Origin: the human T2T-CHM13v2.0 reference genome, Homo sapiens
Length of the DNA: 64,000 nucleotides
Direction: 5' to 3' (one strand)
Assembly (NCBI RefSeq): GCF_009914755.1
Contig: NC_060939.1
The position numbers and the translations under genes were made by a program. How positions within the stretch are numbered: the stretch's first letter is position 1; each line of letters begins with the position of its first letter. Shown here one piece after another: positions 26,532-40,710 of the stretch. The notes beneath the pieces were generated by a model. The model was not told the origin of the DNA and made no database searches. It worked only from the letters and a program-made list of their open reading frames with translations.

Positions 26532-27280
26532 ACTCACATATATGTCAGCTATCCCCTTCACATACATGACAGTTATGCCTGAAAGACAAACTGATCCACA
26601 TTTTGCTGAAAAAACTGACTTTATTGATAACATTGGTCAAACAGCAGATGTGATTGGTGCTTTCATATGTAAATTTAGGATTGTGTAGATTATCTTTTGT
26701 GACTTATGAACAATTTCCAGCCATAACTCTACCTCTAACTTTCATCAATTGCTGGAATTTAAGTGAGCAAGTGACACGATTTTTGGCATAGCTTTAAGTA
26801 CACCATAATTTATTTATCTGAAGTCAGTTGTTGGCAAACTTTTATGCTATAGCTATGATTTGTAACATATTCCTTGTGGCAAAAACTAGCAACTGATCAA
26901 TCTCGCCAATGTTCTTGAGCACCAGCACTGAGAACCATCAATGTGTAGATGACACCAAATTCCAGATCATACTGTGTATCTGATTCCTGCCCCAGAGAGG
27001 GAGCTGAACACGGGACCTTTTGTCCAGCACAGTACCCTTATCACCTAGCAGAGTGTTTGACACAGAAAGCTCAGTGAAGGTTTATTGAACTTAACTGAAC
27101 TCCACCTCCTATAACAGTTGTAACTGCACTCTCTGCTTTATCAAAGCAAACAGCATAGCAGTTCTAAGCTAAATCCTTCCTGTTATTTCTTCTGCTCAGA
27201 AAACTCATGTGGAGCAAATCATATCCTTACCACTGTCAAAAAATACTTACAGCTCACAGCCAAGATGGTACATTTTTGGC

Positions 27281-27467
27281 CTAGTAGTTCTGAAACTTAA
27301 CTGCACACTGGAATCACCCGAAGAGCTTTTACAAATCCTAATGCCCAAGTTGCATCCTGGACCAATTGACTGAGAATTGCTGCATGAGACCCTGGTGTCA
27401 GTATGTTGTTAAAGCCTCCCAGGTGATTCAGATGATTCCAATATGCTGCCAAGGTTGAGAACAAGTA
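27281..27467. mobile_element. MER5B-type hAT-Charlie
   Basis: ggaatcacccgaagagctttt...cccaggtgattc...gccaaggttgagaac. Confidence 0.75.
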
Positions 27468-27835
27468 TAGTAGAGCAACACTTATACAGTTTCAGCACTA
27501 TTTCTGTAATTATCTCACCTTATTATTTGTCATCTATGTTGTCTTAGTCCAGACCAGCCCTGAAATATAATGGTTTTATAATGCCAGTAACAAAATATTA
27601 GCTATCTGATACCATCTTCATTGTGGAATGGTTAAAATCTCAGCTGCCTCTCTTAAGATCCAAGAGGGAAGAATAATAGGCAACTTCTGGGGTTTCTTCC
27701 CTTCCCAACTTTCTTCTTTGAGAACTCTCTGAACTTTACCCACTCATGGAAATGGGCTACTGAAGCCATGCCTATACTCTATGGCCTGCTCCCCATACTC
27801 CTACAACCAACATACCCTGTCATCTTACCATTGCT

Positions 27836-28022
27836 TAGAGGATCTTAAACCTGAGGATGCATTGGAGTCATCTGGAGGGCTTCTGATAACAGATTCCTTG
27901 GTTCCACCTCCAGAGTCTCTGTTTCAATAAGACTAAAATAGGGCTGAGAATTTGCATTTCTGGCAATTCGCAGGAGTTGCTGGTGCTGCTGTTCTGGAAA
28001 CCACCCTTGAAGAAATATTGCC
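27836..28022. mobile_element. MER5A hAT-Charlie
   Basis: gctgagaatttgcatttc...tgctgctgttctggaaaccac. Confidence 0.75.
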
Positions 28023-28099
28023 ATTGCCTATATAGACCTAACCCAGACTGGGTTGATGACATTGTCTTATTCCCGACTCAGATGAAAACTCTGCAGATT

Positions 28100-28528
28100 G
28101 GTACAGTCATTTCCCAGGGCTATCATAACAAAGGACTACAAACTGAGTGGTTTAAAACAGAGATTTATCCTATCACACTTGCAAAAGCCAGAAATTCAAA
28201 ATCAGTATGTCAGCAAGGTCTTGCTCTCTCTGGAAGCTGAAGGAGAAGTTCGTTGCTTGCCTCTTTTAGCTTCTGGCTTTTGCTGGCAATCCTTAGCGTT
28301 CCCTGGCTTGTAAGAGCATCACTCCCTCTCCACCTCTATCACCACATGGCCTGGAGGTCAGAGTCTCTTCTCTTACAATGGATGAAGGGTGCACCCTATT
28401 TCAGCATGACCTCATCTTACATAATTACATCTGCGACAAACTTATTTCTAAAAAAGGTCACATCTGAGACATTTGGGGTTAGGGCTTCAACATATATTTT
28501 TGGGTTGACACAATTCAACCCATAAAAA
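28100..28528 (-). mobile_element. MLT1C/B-type MaLR LTR
   Basis: agggctatcataacaaag...gttagggcttcaacatat...caattcaacccataa. Confidence 0.8.
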
Positions 28529-29351
28529 CAGGTATATCAAAAATTTCTGGGGCTCCTAAATTCCATCATATGCCCACAGGAGTGGAGGATCCTGTCTGCA
28601 GAAAGAGAAGGTTGTTCCACAAGTGCAGAGAGGAAGCAGAGAGCTGGAGCTTGTCATGCTGGAGAAGGACAATGGACAGAGCAACTTTCTTGATTCCAAA
28701 TGTGTTCCTGCCCCTGCTCACAAGACCTGCTGCAGTTCACACCCTCAGTTTCCATGAGCTATACAGCATTCCTTTGATTCGAAAAGTCTCCCTTTTTGAG
28801 TTAATCCATTCTTATTGAGCTTCTATTACTTGCAATCAAAAGAGTAGATCTAAGAGAAGGTATGTCTCCCCTGTACTCTAACAGGCCATGACTGACTTCT
28901 TCCACTCCTGGCATTTGCTATTTCTCCTGTTATTGCAGATGCTTGACTTGCTATTTCTGTTCTTGTTGCATTTTCCTGAAATGGAGAAATAGCCTTCCTT
29001 TGGCCATTATAGACTCCGGGGAGTCTACAGAGTGCTTGGCATCTCGCTCTGGCATCTTTTGAAAGATGTTTAATGACATTTTTCTTGCCTTCAACTGGCT
29101 TTTTGAAATTCCAGCCTCTTTCCATGGTGTAGCCTCCCTGGAGCAGGGTGGCTGGGACATGAGAGAACACACTGGGCTGCTTTGTAAGTGTTCTCTCTGT
29201 TATGTCTACCATACAGTGCTTGGAGACTATGTGGACTCAACTTTCTCTCCACTCAAACACCTTCAGTATTCAAGATCCTTCCTGGAGGGTGAAGGAGTCG
29301 CATTGTCTCTGACTTTGGGAGACTCTTAGTTCTGGCTGTTGGAAAGGACTT

Positions 29352-29829
29352 GTGCTGGGTATTTTGTACTTGCCTCTCAGGTCTACTGTCTACACTTCTT
29401 CGTGCTGCACTGGGCTTTAGGAGGCCGATCCACATGGACTGCATGCATGGGCTCCCTTCCCCTCTGGCTCCTGAGTAGGCCTGACCAAGAGGGCACACTG
29501 ACAGGAGATTGGATGAAGGGAGGGAGGAGAGAGAGACTAGGGTGTTCACTTCCCCTGCTCACTTCCTAGGGTTGTCATTGGCTGACTGCTTCCCTCAGGT
29601 GAAGGTGACAGCTCTGAGAGGCGGCCCTTTCCATGGAGTCCTCTCTGTCACAGTAACTGCTCTCCCCCTTACCTTTCCAAGTCTAGGGATGGTAACAAGA
29701 CCCAACCATCACCCTAGATATCACATCATCCTTTAAAATCTCCCTATCCCCTGCCCACATCTGTAAACTCTTTTAAGCTTACACCATTTGAATGTGTTTC
29801 TCTTTCCTGATGGGACCCCAACCCATACA
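29352..29829 (+). mobile_element. LTR33 (ERVL) solo LTR
   Basis: gggtatttt...tggactgcatgcatgggctcccttcccctctggct...ttcctgatgggaccccaacccataca. Confidence 0.75.
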
Positions 29830-30789
29830 GAGCCTTGACCTTAACGTGACCAGTCTGCCCCATTAAAGGCTCTGGAAGCCCGGGGAGCCTACTGATTCTT
29901 GCTTTACCCATTCTCAGGGAATGCCATGCTTGACTAAATTTTTTGGTTTAGACACAGACACCGAGACTCTTGTTATCAGCTTTCTGTTACTTTCTCCTTT
30001 TGCATAGTCCAGTGATTTTCAACCTTGAATATAAACCAGAACCACCATAGTTTCTTCCTGTTAATTTGAGCCTATCCTGTCTTTTTTATTATGGTATAAT
30101 TATTCCAAGTCAGAAGCAATCCCTTTTCTTTTGATTCATACCTTCCTACAACGCCTACTACAGGGTCATGCACACAGTAGATTTAACAAAACATATAAAC
30201 TTAGTGATTGTGTACTCTAGATGAAGTTCAAAGGAAGATTAAAATTCTTTTTTGACACACTATTAATAATTGTTTCTTATACACTAGTATATACTAAGAT
30301 GTTTTAGAGAAAAGAAGATAGCTACAATTGTTGTTGATGAAATCAGTTTTCAAAATGTCATTCACTGTATTTGTCCAAAGATTTCATGAAAATGAAAATT
30401 TTATCTCTGAGTGTCCACTTGAAAATCAGCTGATGTGTGTACAGACAGATGATATTCATGTGAATAAAACTAAACATATGTGTTATCTCTCAAATTTTCT
30501 TCTTAGAATTTCAAAAAATTGCTCAAGTTTGTGAATACAAAGTGAAAGAAACAACCAATAAATCAGAGTAAGAATATTTATGGCCAAGTCTCCATTTCAT
30601 AAACTCTCTATTAAAATTCAATTTCTATAGCCTACACCTTCATCATTTCTTACCTGGATTGCTGCAGCAGTCTCTTACCTGGCCAACTCATTTTCTCTTT
30701 TCATATATATTTTTTTCCATTCTTCACCTAGCAGCCAGAATGGCCTTTTAAAAATGCATGCCATAACCTCTATTTCTGTCAGTGATTTA

Positions 30790-33030
<2,241 letters not shown>

Positions 33031-33413
33031 TTGTGATCACTGTTCTATAGCCTGCTCCTCATTCTGAGTATAAGTCAGGGAATTACCTAAGTAATAAAAA
33101 TATAAGGTGAAATGTGACAAGTGCCATGACAGAAATGGAAGGGAAATCCTAGGATGGTTCAAAGAGAAAGCTCTTATCTTGTTTAGGGAATCGGGAAGGG
33201 GCTAACAGGAAAAGGATGGCATTGGGTGGTATTCCAGGCCCCAAAAAGAGTATTAATTTACTTATTTAACAAGTATCTATTACATTTCTACCTTGATCCA
33301 ATCACTGGGCCGTTCTCTTTTAAATAACAAAGTGGTCCTTCTTTTTGATGAAAGTGTTCACAGCTTGGTAGGATGCTCTTATGTGAAAAACAAAAACAAG
33401 CAAAAACAGTGCA

Positions 33414-34174
33414 GTAGTCAGATCCTAGCAGCAGCTGCAGCAGCTCTCCTCTTCCCTGGCTCTTCTTACCATCCCCTTTTCACTTCCAAAAACAAGGCTT
33501 CCAGGGTGGTTGCCTCTGACAGCATCACAAGGTGATTAATGACATGAAGGGGTGCAAGTCTTTGATGCCAGAGGAGGTGAAGAAGCGCAAGAGAAGGTGC
33601 TCTTCTGCTTGAGGGAAGACAGGAAGAACATCATCCTGGAGGGGGCAAGATCTTGGTGGGTGATGTGGGCCAGACTGTCGATGACTCCATGCCACCTTTT
33701 CAAGATGGAACCAGACAAGGACTGTCACTATGTCCTCTATGATGCAGCTCTGGAGACCAAGGAGAGCACAAAGAGGGACCTGGTTTTTATCTTCTGGGCC
33801 CCTGAGTCTGCTAAACAGCTCCTGTACCCACTAGAGTTTCCTCCTCCCTTCATCTCTGACAGTTCTGGCCTTCTCAAACCACTTTTGGTCTTGATTCCTC
33901 TTGGGTTGAAGCTGATCAATTTCCCCCAGTCATCCCAGTTTGAGGAGGGGGCTGTGCTTTTTTAACAACATCCCCACTCCCCACCTGTTTCCCCCTTCCC
34001 ATGCTGCCAACTTCTAAGCACAATAGTGACTCTGTGCTTCTCTGTTTGGTTCTGCATATAAATAGAATGTTGTGAGATGACTCCTTCCCATGCTGGCTGA
34101 TTCCTCTCCCTATTCCCCTGGTCACAGCCACTCATGTAAGCAGGACCAGCCAGGGACCTTCAATTAAAAAAAAA
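33414..34174 (+). pseudogene. Processed pseudogene of cofilin-1 (CFL1 retrocopy) with an internal deletion; specific CFL1P number not assigned
   Basis: A CFL1-like 5'UTR is contiguous with the CDS (intronless). The ATG is mutated to AAG at 33494. Peptides VLFCLREDRKNIILEG and KDCHYVLYDA..ETKES...DLVFIFWAPESA match cofilin. A CFL1-like 3'UTR runs to gggaccttcaatt followed by an A-run. TSD aaaaacagtgca (33402-33413) / agaagcagtgca (34174-34185). Confidence 0.95.
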
Positions 34175-34339
34175 GAAGCAGTGCATGTTCAAGGAAAAAT
34201 TCGTGTAAACTACAAAGAGGAAAGTTGAAGAAACTATTGGAAGAGGTAGCTGGGACCATGCTGTGATTGCTCTTGAATGTTAGTCTACATAATCTTGCAG
34301 CACAATGTTATATAGTAGAACCTCATTTATGTGAAATAA

Positions 34340-34500
34340 TAAAACATTATTAGCCAATCTTATTGAATACTTCCTATGTGTTGAGGAATATACTAGGCTC
34401 TTTCCATGTATTATCTCAATTAAGCCTTACAACAGTTCTACTTATAAAATAGATAAAACAATTATTAGATGCGGAAATGAAGGCTTAAAGAGTAAAGTTG
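34340..34500 (-). mobile_element. MIR SINE
   Basis: ttattgaatacttcctatgtg...atgcggaaatgaaggctt. Confidence 0.6.
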
Positions 34501-34519
34501 GTAGATATTAAGATATTTG

Positions 34520-34930
34520 CATTCATGGATTCCTGCTTGGTTGTGGAGTATTACCCTTTATATATATTAATGGGTTCAATTTGTTTTTTTCACTTAGTAT
34601 TTTCACCTACGTTCATTAGAGATATTGGCAATAATTTTCCTGTCTTATAGTGCCCTTATTAGGCTTGATATCAAAGTTATGCAGGTTTCATAAACTATGT
34701 TATGAATTCCTCCCTCTTTTTCTACTCTCTGGAAGAGTTTGTGTCACATTAGGGATCTTTATTCCTTAAATAGTTGGAAGAATTTATCTATGCATTTCGC
34801 CTTTTTTTCTTGGATTTTGACCTCTGAAGTTCTGACTGTGTTGGCTACTTTGTGATGTTTTCACACAGTGGTTTTTTGTATTTTAATCAGCTTTTATAAT
34901 TATTCTCAGAAAGGTGATTGGTCTGATACA
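34520..34930 (-). mobile_element. Old L1 fragments
   Basis: gagatattggc...tatcaaagttatg...ttttctactctctggaagagttt antisense ORF2. Confidence 0.65.
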
Positions 34931-35250
34931 ACTGAGTCATCACAAGGTCATATTTTCAGGGCTGCATGTAAATGACACATAGATGATTAACACTGAATAT
35001 TTGGAAACATAGGCACGTTGGTATTAAATCATGAAAAGCCTCAGATTCCAGAGAATACTAAGCACCCCCTGACAGTTTTTGAGTAAAGACACAATATGAT
35101 CAGGGACAGAATTAGGAAAGTAGACGTGGCAATGATGTATGCAATGAAAGGCAGAAGATACAAGTAAGTGTCCTGCAAAAATTCAGGGAAAAGCAAAGTA
35201 GAGTCTGCTTAGGAGAGTATCAATTAGAATATAAAAGAGTTCCTTTAAAC

Positions 35251-35437
35251 CAGTGGTTCTCAAAGTGGGTCCCTGGAATAGCAGCAGAAGCATCACCAGG
35301 GAATTTGCTAGAAATGCAGATTCTCAGCCCTGCCCCAGACCCAACAAATTGGAATGTCTGGGGAGAGACCCAACAACCTGTGTTCTAACAAATCTTCCAG
35401 CTGATTCCCATGCTCATCCAGGTTTGCAGCCCACTAC
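35251..35437 (+). mobile_element. MER5A
   Basis: cagtggttctcaaagtgggtcc...catcaccagggaatttgctagaaatgcagattctcag. Confidence 0.85.
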
Positions 35438-35444
35438 TTTAAAC

Positions 35445-35835
35445 CAAAGTTTAGCCTCCTTCACAGCTATCAATGACCGCGAGGCCCCAGTTCTGGCCAA
35501 TGAGACATATGGAGAAGTCTGCTTGGGGTACCTGTAGGAAAATGTTTGCTTTCCTGATCAAAAGGACAGATGATGCCGGGGCTGCCCATTTTCCTTCTTC
35601 CTCCCATGAATGCTGATTGACGTAGTGACTAAGAGGCAAAAAGCATAAGAACTGAGAAACCCAACAGGTTAAAGATGGCAGGGCAGAGATCTACAAGAGT
35701 CAGGGTTCTTGATAACATTTCTCTGCCCCACACCAGGCTGTACAGTTACAGTGACATAACTAAATGAATTTATCATTCAAATCACTGGCAACTCTGTATT
35801 CCGCTACTTGTAGTTAAAGGAATTCCTAGTTGACG
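35445..35835 (+). mobile_element. MLT1J-like MaLR LTR
   Basis: cagttctggccaatgagacat...gaagtctgcttgggg...gctacttgtagttaaaggaattcct. Confidence 0.6.
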
Positions 35836-36559
35836 TCTGTGTCAGTTTATACTTGGCACCTAGTAGGAGATCATAAGTGATAATTCCACATAGTGAAGAC
35901 AGAAAAGAAATGTGTGGCCTGTTGATGGCCCAAATTTAACCCATTTCAGGAGAAGAGATTTCTGCTAAGTTTTTTATCCCCATTGAGATCACAGCTTGAA
36001 GGAACATTTTATCTCTTAATAGCTTGAGCAGAAAAAGCTGTTTTGAATGAAGACATTTTTTCACTGGGTGAAGTCACTTCTGCATGTGAACCCAAAAGGC
36101 AAGGGGCCACAGTGTCACCTCCCTGGCATTACCATTTGCCTTATCTTCATCCAGAAAGGGTGAGCTCCACTGGGGGAAAAATTCTCACCAGAGATGAGTC
36201 TTGTTACTCTCCCATTCCTATTGTGAGGATACATCACTGAATACTACCTCTTGCTTCCACAGGACTTTGTGGAACAGGAGAACGGTGACTTGGGGTACCT
36301 GGCAGCTCCCTTGCAATGCAGCCTTACCCTCAATTACCAAACACTCCCTCTCCAAGTGGGCTCCAGGTGGCAGCAGGGACCTCTCCAAGTCTGACATGTG
36401 TGGGTGGCATTTATTGCTTGTGCATGACAGTGCCCTGTTCTAAAGGAACTGACTCCAGTACACACGAAGACTCTAATGGGAAAGAGCAGCTGAGCAGCTT
36501 ATAAAGAAGTTGCTTGAAGTGTCACCTAAATCCACCTTCTGGCTTCTAATTTCTGCTCT

Positions 36560-36910
36560 GAGCTGCAGGTGCCATTTTGGGTCCCATGCAGGATATTCTG
36601 TGAATGGTACAAATTCCAAATCACCTCCGCAGGGAGCTTTTTGGCAGTAACCACCCTGTGGAAAATGATAAACCCTCCTCCAAACTCCAGCATGCACATT
36701 CTCCAGTCTTTGCTTTATTTTTCAGCAGACTACTTATCACCATCTGGCATGCTACTTGCTTTACTTGAATTCAAGTTTTTATTGTTGTTCTTTCCCCACT
36801 AGAGTGTAAGATTTACAACAGCAGTAATTTTTGCCTGTTGTTCATTTCTACATCCCCAATATTTGGGAAAGTACCTAGCATGTAGTAGATGCTCAATAAA
36901 TGCTCAAGAA
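36560..36910 (+). mobile_element. L2 LINE 3' end
   Basis: cactagagtgtaag...gtacctagcatgtagtagatgctcaataaatg. Confidence 0.7.
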
Positions 36911-37089
36911 AGGATGACTCTAAACTAATTGGCTGACAGGTTTTAACAATGGCATACCCTGTTCCTGGCCTTTGCCATTGTTTCTCCAAGATATTGTTTG
37001 TTTTGGTATATTGTTTCCCCAAAGCTCTAGATTCTGGTTAATTTACTCCATATTGACAGAGACAAGTTATGTAATACTACCGATGATAA

Positions 37090-37300
37090 TAACTATTATT
37101 CCTTTAGACAAATGCTAGGTGCTTTAGATGCATTATCTTATTTAATTCTCAGAACAACACTAGTAGCTTTAGCCTCATTTTACCAATGAGGACAAGGAAG
37201 CTCAGAGATCTCAGCTGACTCATCCAAACTCCCTTAGTTCATCAGTGGCAGAGCTGGGGCTTGAACTTGAGACGATCTGACTCAGAAGCTTGGGCTTTAT
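37090..37300 (-). mobile_element. MIR SINE
   Basis: ctcattttaccaatgaggac..ggaagctcagaga...agtggcagagctggggcttgaac. Confidence 0.7.
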
Positions 37301-39199
37301 TCACCTCCTCATTGGAGAATAACTACAGCACTTACTGATACATCTATGTTTTCCTGATTTCTCCCCCTCTCTTGCTAAAAAACATGCATCTTTATGCAAG
37401 CCTAGGAATCAAATGACTGATCAGAGAGATGCTTTAATCAGACCTCTCTCCTGCCTGAATCACTATTCGTCAATCTTGACAAAAGTATAGTTTTGCTTAA
37501 ATGCTTTCACCGTTTGGATGCTTACATACCTTTTAAAGGAAGAAAATAAAAGCATTTACACAGAATGAACTTATGTTGGCAAGGGTTTAAAAAAAAATAG
37601 TATCCAGGCAGACAGTTTCAGAGTCCTATTTCCTAAAGAAGTGTCTAAGAAAATTCATGAGTGAAAGTCTTAAAATTAATAAAAACTATAGTGACAAACA
37701 GCTGAAGAGTGCTTATTGTATACTGGGGCTTAACACCTGCAACAGCCCTATCAACAGACAGAGGGGTAAACTCATGTTTCAACCAGTTGCCTTTGCAGAA
37801 ATGGCCAAAGTGAAAAACTATTTATCACCCCTTATCCCCCAACGAATGCTGTTGTCTTTGTAGTTTAGGCTCTGCGGCACCCAGATGACACACAGGTCCT
37901 CCATTGCCTCATGTGGTTTCATGCTTTTAAGCCTTCACTCACACAGTCCTCTCCTCATGAAGTGCCTTTCCCCTCTTCTTAGCATTGAAACTCCTATATA
38001 TCCTTCAGGATTCTTCCTGGGTATTGCGTCGCTTCCCCTGAAAAGCCTCCTAAGCCCTCCATGTCTTAGTTATTGGTTTCTTCACTGTGCAACCGATGTC
38101 CTGTACTTACCTGTGTCATGCACAATGTATGGTCATTTTTCTTTTTCATGAAGGAACAAGCCTCATGAGGGAAAAGTCTGTGCCTCATTCATCTTTTCAG
38201 TGGAAGCATGTGGTGTAATGCTTGGAGAATGAATGTTAAAGAACTGAGCTGAAATCACAGGGGCTAAGAGTAAGTAACTCATAGCATGACTAGTCATGGA
38301 GTCAAGGAGACCTAACTAATAATATATCAAATATGGTGTTAAGCATCCATAAGCAGACCCCCCCACACAATAGATTCTCTCAAACATCACCTTTGCAGCC
38401 TATGATTCTGTAATTTTGAGCCTGCACACTGGCTATAACAGTGTGTTAAGTAAGCACTATCAGGGCAAAGGGGAAATATAAGACATGGTCCTTGAACTAC
38501 TCTGCATCAAAGGAAAAATGACCAAAAATGAAGGTACCAGCGGGCTGCAGTCTGTCTATTTCCTGGTCTAAATCTCTAGCAGGTGATAGTGCGATGCCAC
38601 ATATATGGAAAGAAATTCCTTTGACCTTTCATGAGGCAACACTCCAAACTCAATGCTTTAATTCTTTTAGGTCTAGACTAAAGAATTCCTCCCCTAGAAC
38701 TCAGACACATCACAATGGATAGCTTCAGCCAAGAGATAAGTTGACTGGCATTTTAATGGATTTCTCTGTAACAGATTGCCAAAGAGCCCCTAGACACAGC
38801 ATGTTCAACCAACCGAGGGATGCAAAAGGCTTGACTTGGGTTCCAAAAACTTTGTAATCTTTAGTTTAGGAACTATCTCTGTGAAGATGATGATAGAAAT
38901 ACCATTTAAGAGTTCAGAGCTCAGCAGGCTCCATGCAGGGAGAAGATCATGGGTTTATTAATCAAGGAACATTTAGGATAGGAATATTGGAAGACAGCCA
39001 TCTACCCACAGGATCCTCAAGTCTTGCTTCTTTGGGAAAATTATTGAAATGAAATGAAACTTTTATGTGAGAAATGGGTTCACCTCCCCTTTCCAAATTT
39101 CCGTCTTTATAGTCTGCTGTGAACCTTCTGTCCTGGTCATCTCTTTGTCCTGTTAGCACAGGGAAAGGGGCTCTTTAGCCTGGACTTGGACCTAAATGT

Positions 39200-39392
39200 G
39201 ACTGGGAAATGCTGAATTAAACAAAGCTGAGCAGGTTTCTTTGAGGCAGGACTTCTCAGAGTCTTCAATTTCCATGATGTATATAAAACATGCAGCGTTT
39301 CCTAAGATTATTTGACCGTGGAATCATTGTTTTCCTTTTCAGTGGAGTATTTCATGGGGCTGGTAGGCTGTAAGTGTATACTTTGGGATAAT
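39200..39392. mobile_element. MER103-like hAT-Charlie
   Basis: gcaggacttctcagag...gcagcgtttcctaagattatttgaccgtggaa. Confidence 0.55.
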
Positions 39393-39619
39393 CAGAAATT
39401 AGATCTCATGGTTCAAAAATGAAACTTCAATCTTCATTGAGCTGTGGAGCAAGAGACAATATGCATTCATTTAATATGGAAAATAGTAGTTGGCATTCAA
39501 ACTACTTACTACTCTCCCAGAAGAAAAGTCCTTTTCAGGAGAGCTAGCTCCTTTAACTCTTTCCTTTCCCACCACCTGTGAGATACAAAGGCAGCAAGGA
39601 ATATAAAGCATAAATACAC

Positions 39620-40022
39620 TTCATTTGTTTGCTAGGGTTGCCATAACAAAGTACCACACCTGGATAGCTTAGAAAAGAGATATGTATTATCTTGCAGTCC
39701 TAGAGACTAGAAGTTCAAAATCAAGATATTGGCAGCTCAACTCTTTCTGAGGGTTATAAGGAAAGAATTCATTCCAGGTCTCCCTCCCTGGCTTGTAGAT
39801 AGCGGTCTTGTGTTTCTTTACAACAAATTTCCTCTATCCAAGTCTGTCTCCGTGACCAAATTTCTCCTTTTATAAGGACACACTATATTGGATTAGGGAC
39901 TACCCTAATGGCCTCATCTTAAGTAATCACATCTGCAATGACCCTATTTCCAAATGAGATCACTTTCTCAGGTACTAGGGATGAGAACTTCCAATATACA
40001 GAACACAACTCAACCCATAGCA
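39620..40022 (-). mobile_element. MLT1B/C-type MaLR LTR
   Basis: gctagggttgccataacaaagtaccac...aaggacac...ggattaggg...caacccatagca. Confidence 0.8.
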
Positions 40023-40047
40023 GATGTCAATCTCCCTACCTTGATTT

Positions 40048-40090
40048 CTGAGAGAGGAACAGAGACAAAGAGAGGGAGAGAGAAAAAGAC

Positions 40091-40140
<50 letters not shown>

Positions 40141-40162
40141 TACAAAGAGACAGAGACAAAAG
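40048..40162. repeat. (GA)n-rich simple repeat
   Basis: Seen directly in the sequence. Confidence 0.9.
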
Positions 40163-40404
40163 AGTAAGGATTCACTATTGGAAAAAGCAGAAAACTATCC
40201 TGAAGACTCCCTAGGGGGTCTAGCTAATGCTCTCTGGATCATCCTCTCTGTCTCTCTAATATTCAAGGCAACGGCAATCATTCACGTTTGCTGGTAAAAC
40301 CCTGCACTAAGTCTCTGGTGAAGACTGTTGTCTGAAAAATATGGTGGCATCTGTCTGAGGCTCTGCAGTGAATTGGTGGGCACTCAACCTATCCAACTAC
40401 ATAT

Positions 40405-40710
40405 TTTTGTTTTAATTTATTTTTTAATTTACAAACATTGTAGATATCAGTCACAACATGATGTTTTGAAATATGTGCACATTGTGGAGTAGTAACTTGA
40501 GCTAATTAACATATGTATTGCCTCACATACTTATTTTTTTATGGTGAGAACACTTAAACTCTGCTCTTCTGGCATTTTTCAAGAATATAATGCAATGTGA
40601 GTAACTGTAGTCGACATGTTGTATAATCAGTCTCTTGAACTTATTACTCCTGTCTAACTGAAATTTTGTACTCCCCCATTCTTCCCCCCAACCCTGATAG
40701 CCCACTACAT
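40405..40710 (-). mobile_element. L1MA 3' end
   Basis: acaacatgatgttttgaaatatg...gctaattaacatatg...ggtgagaacacttaaa. Confidence 0.85.

Noticed and set aside
33552-33965. 137-aa ORF containing cofilin peptides, considered as a possible retrogene product
   Set aside because: It starts at GTG, and the real ATG is mutated. It switches in and out of the cofilin frame through compensating frameshifts, lacks the C-terminal third of the ADF-H domain, and reads into 3'UTR. This is typical of a pseudogene remnant.
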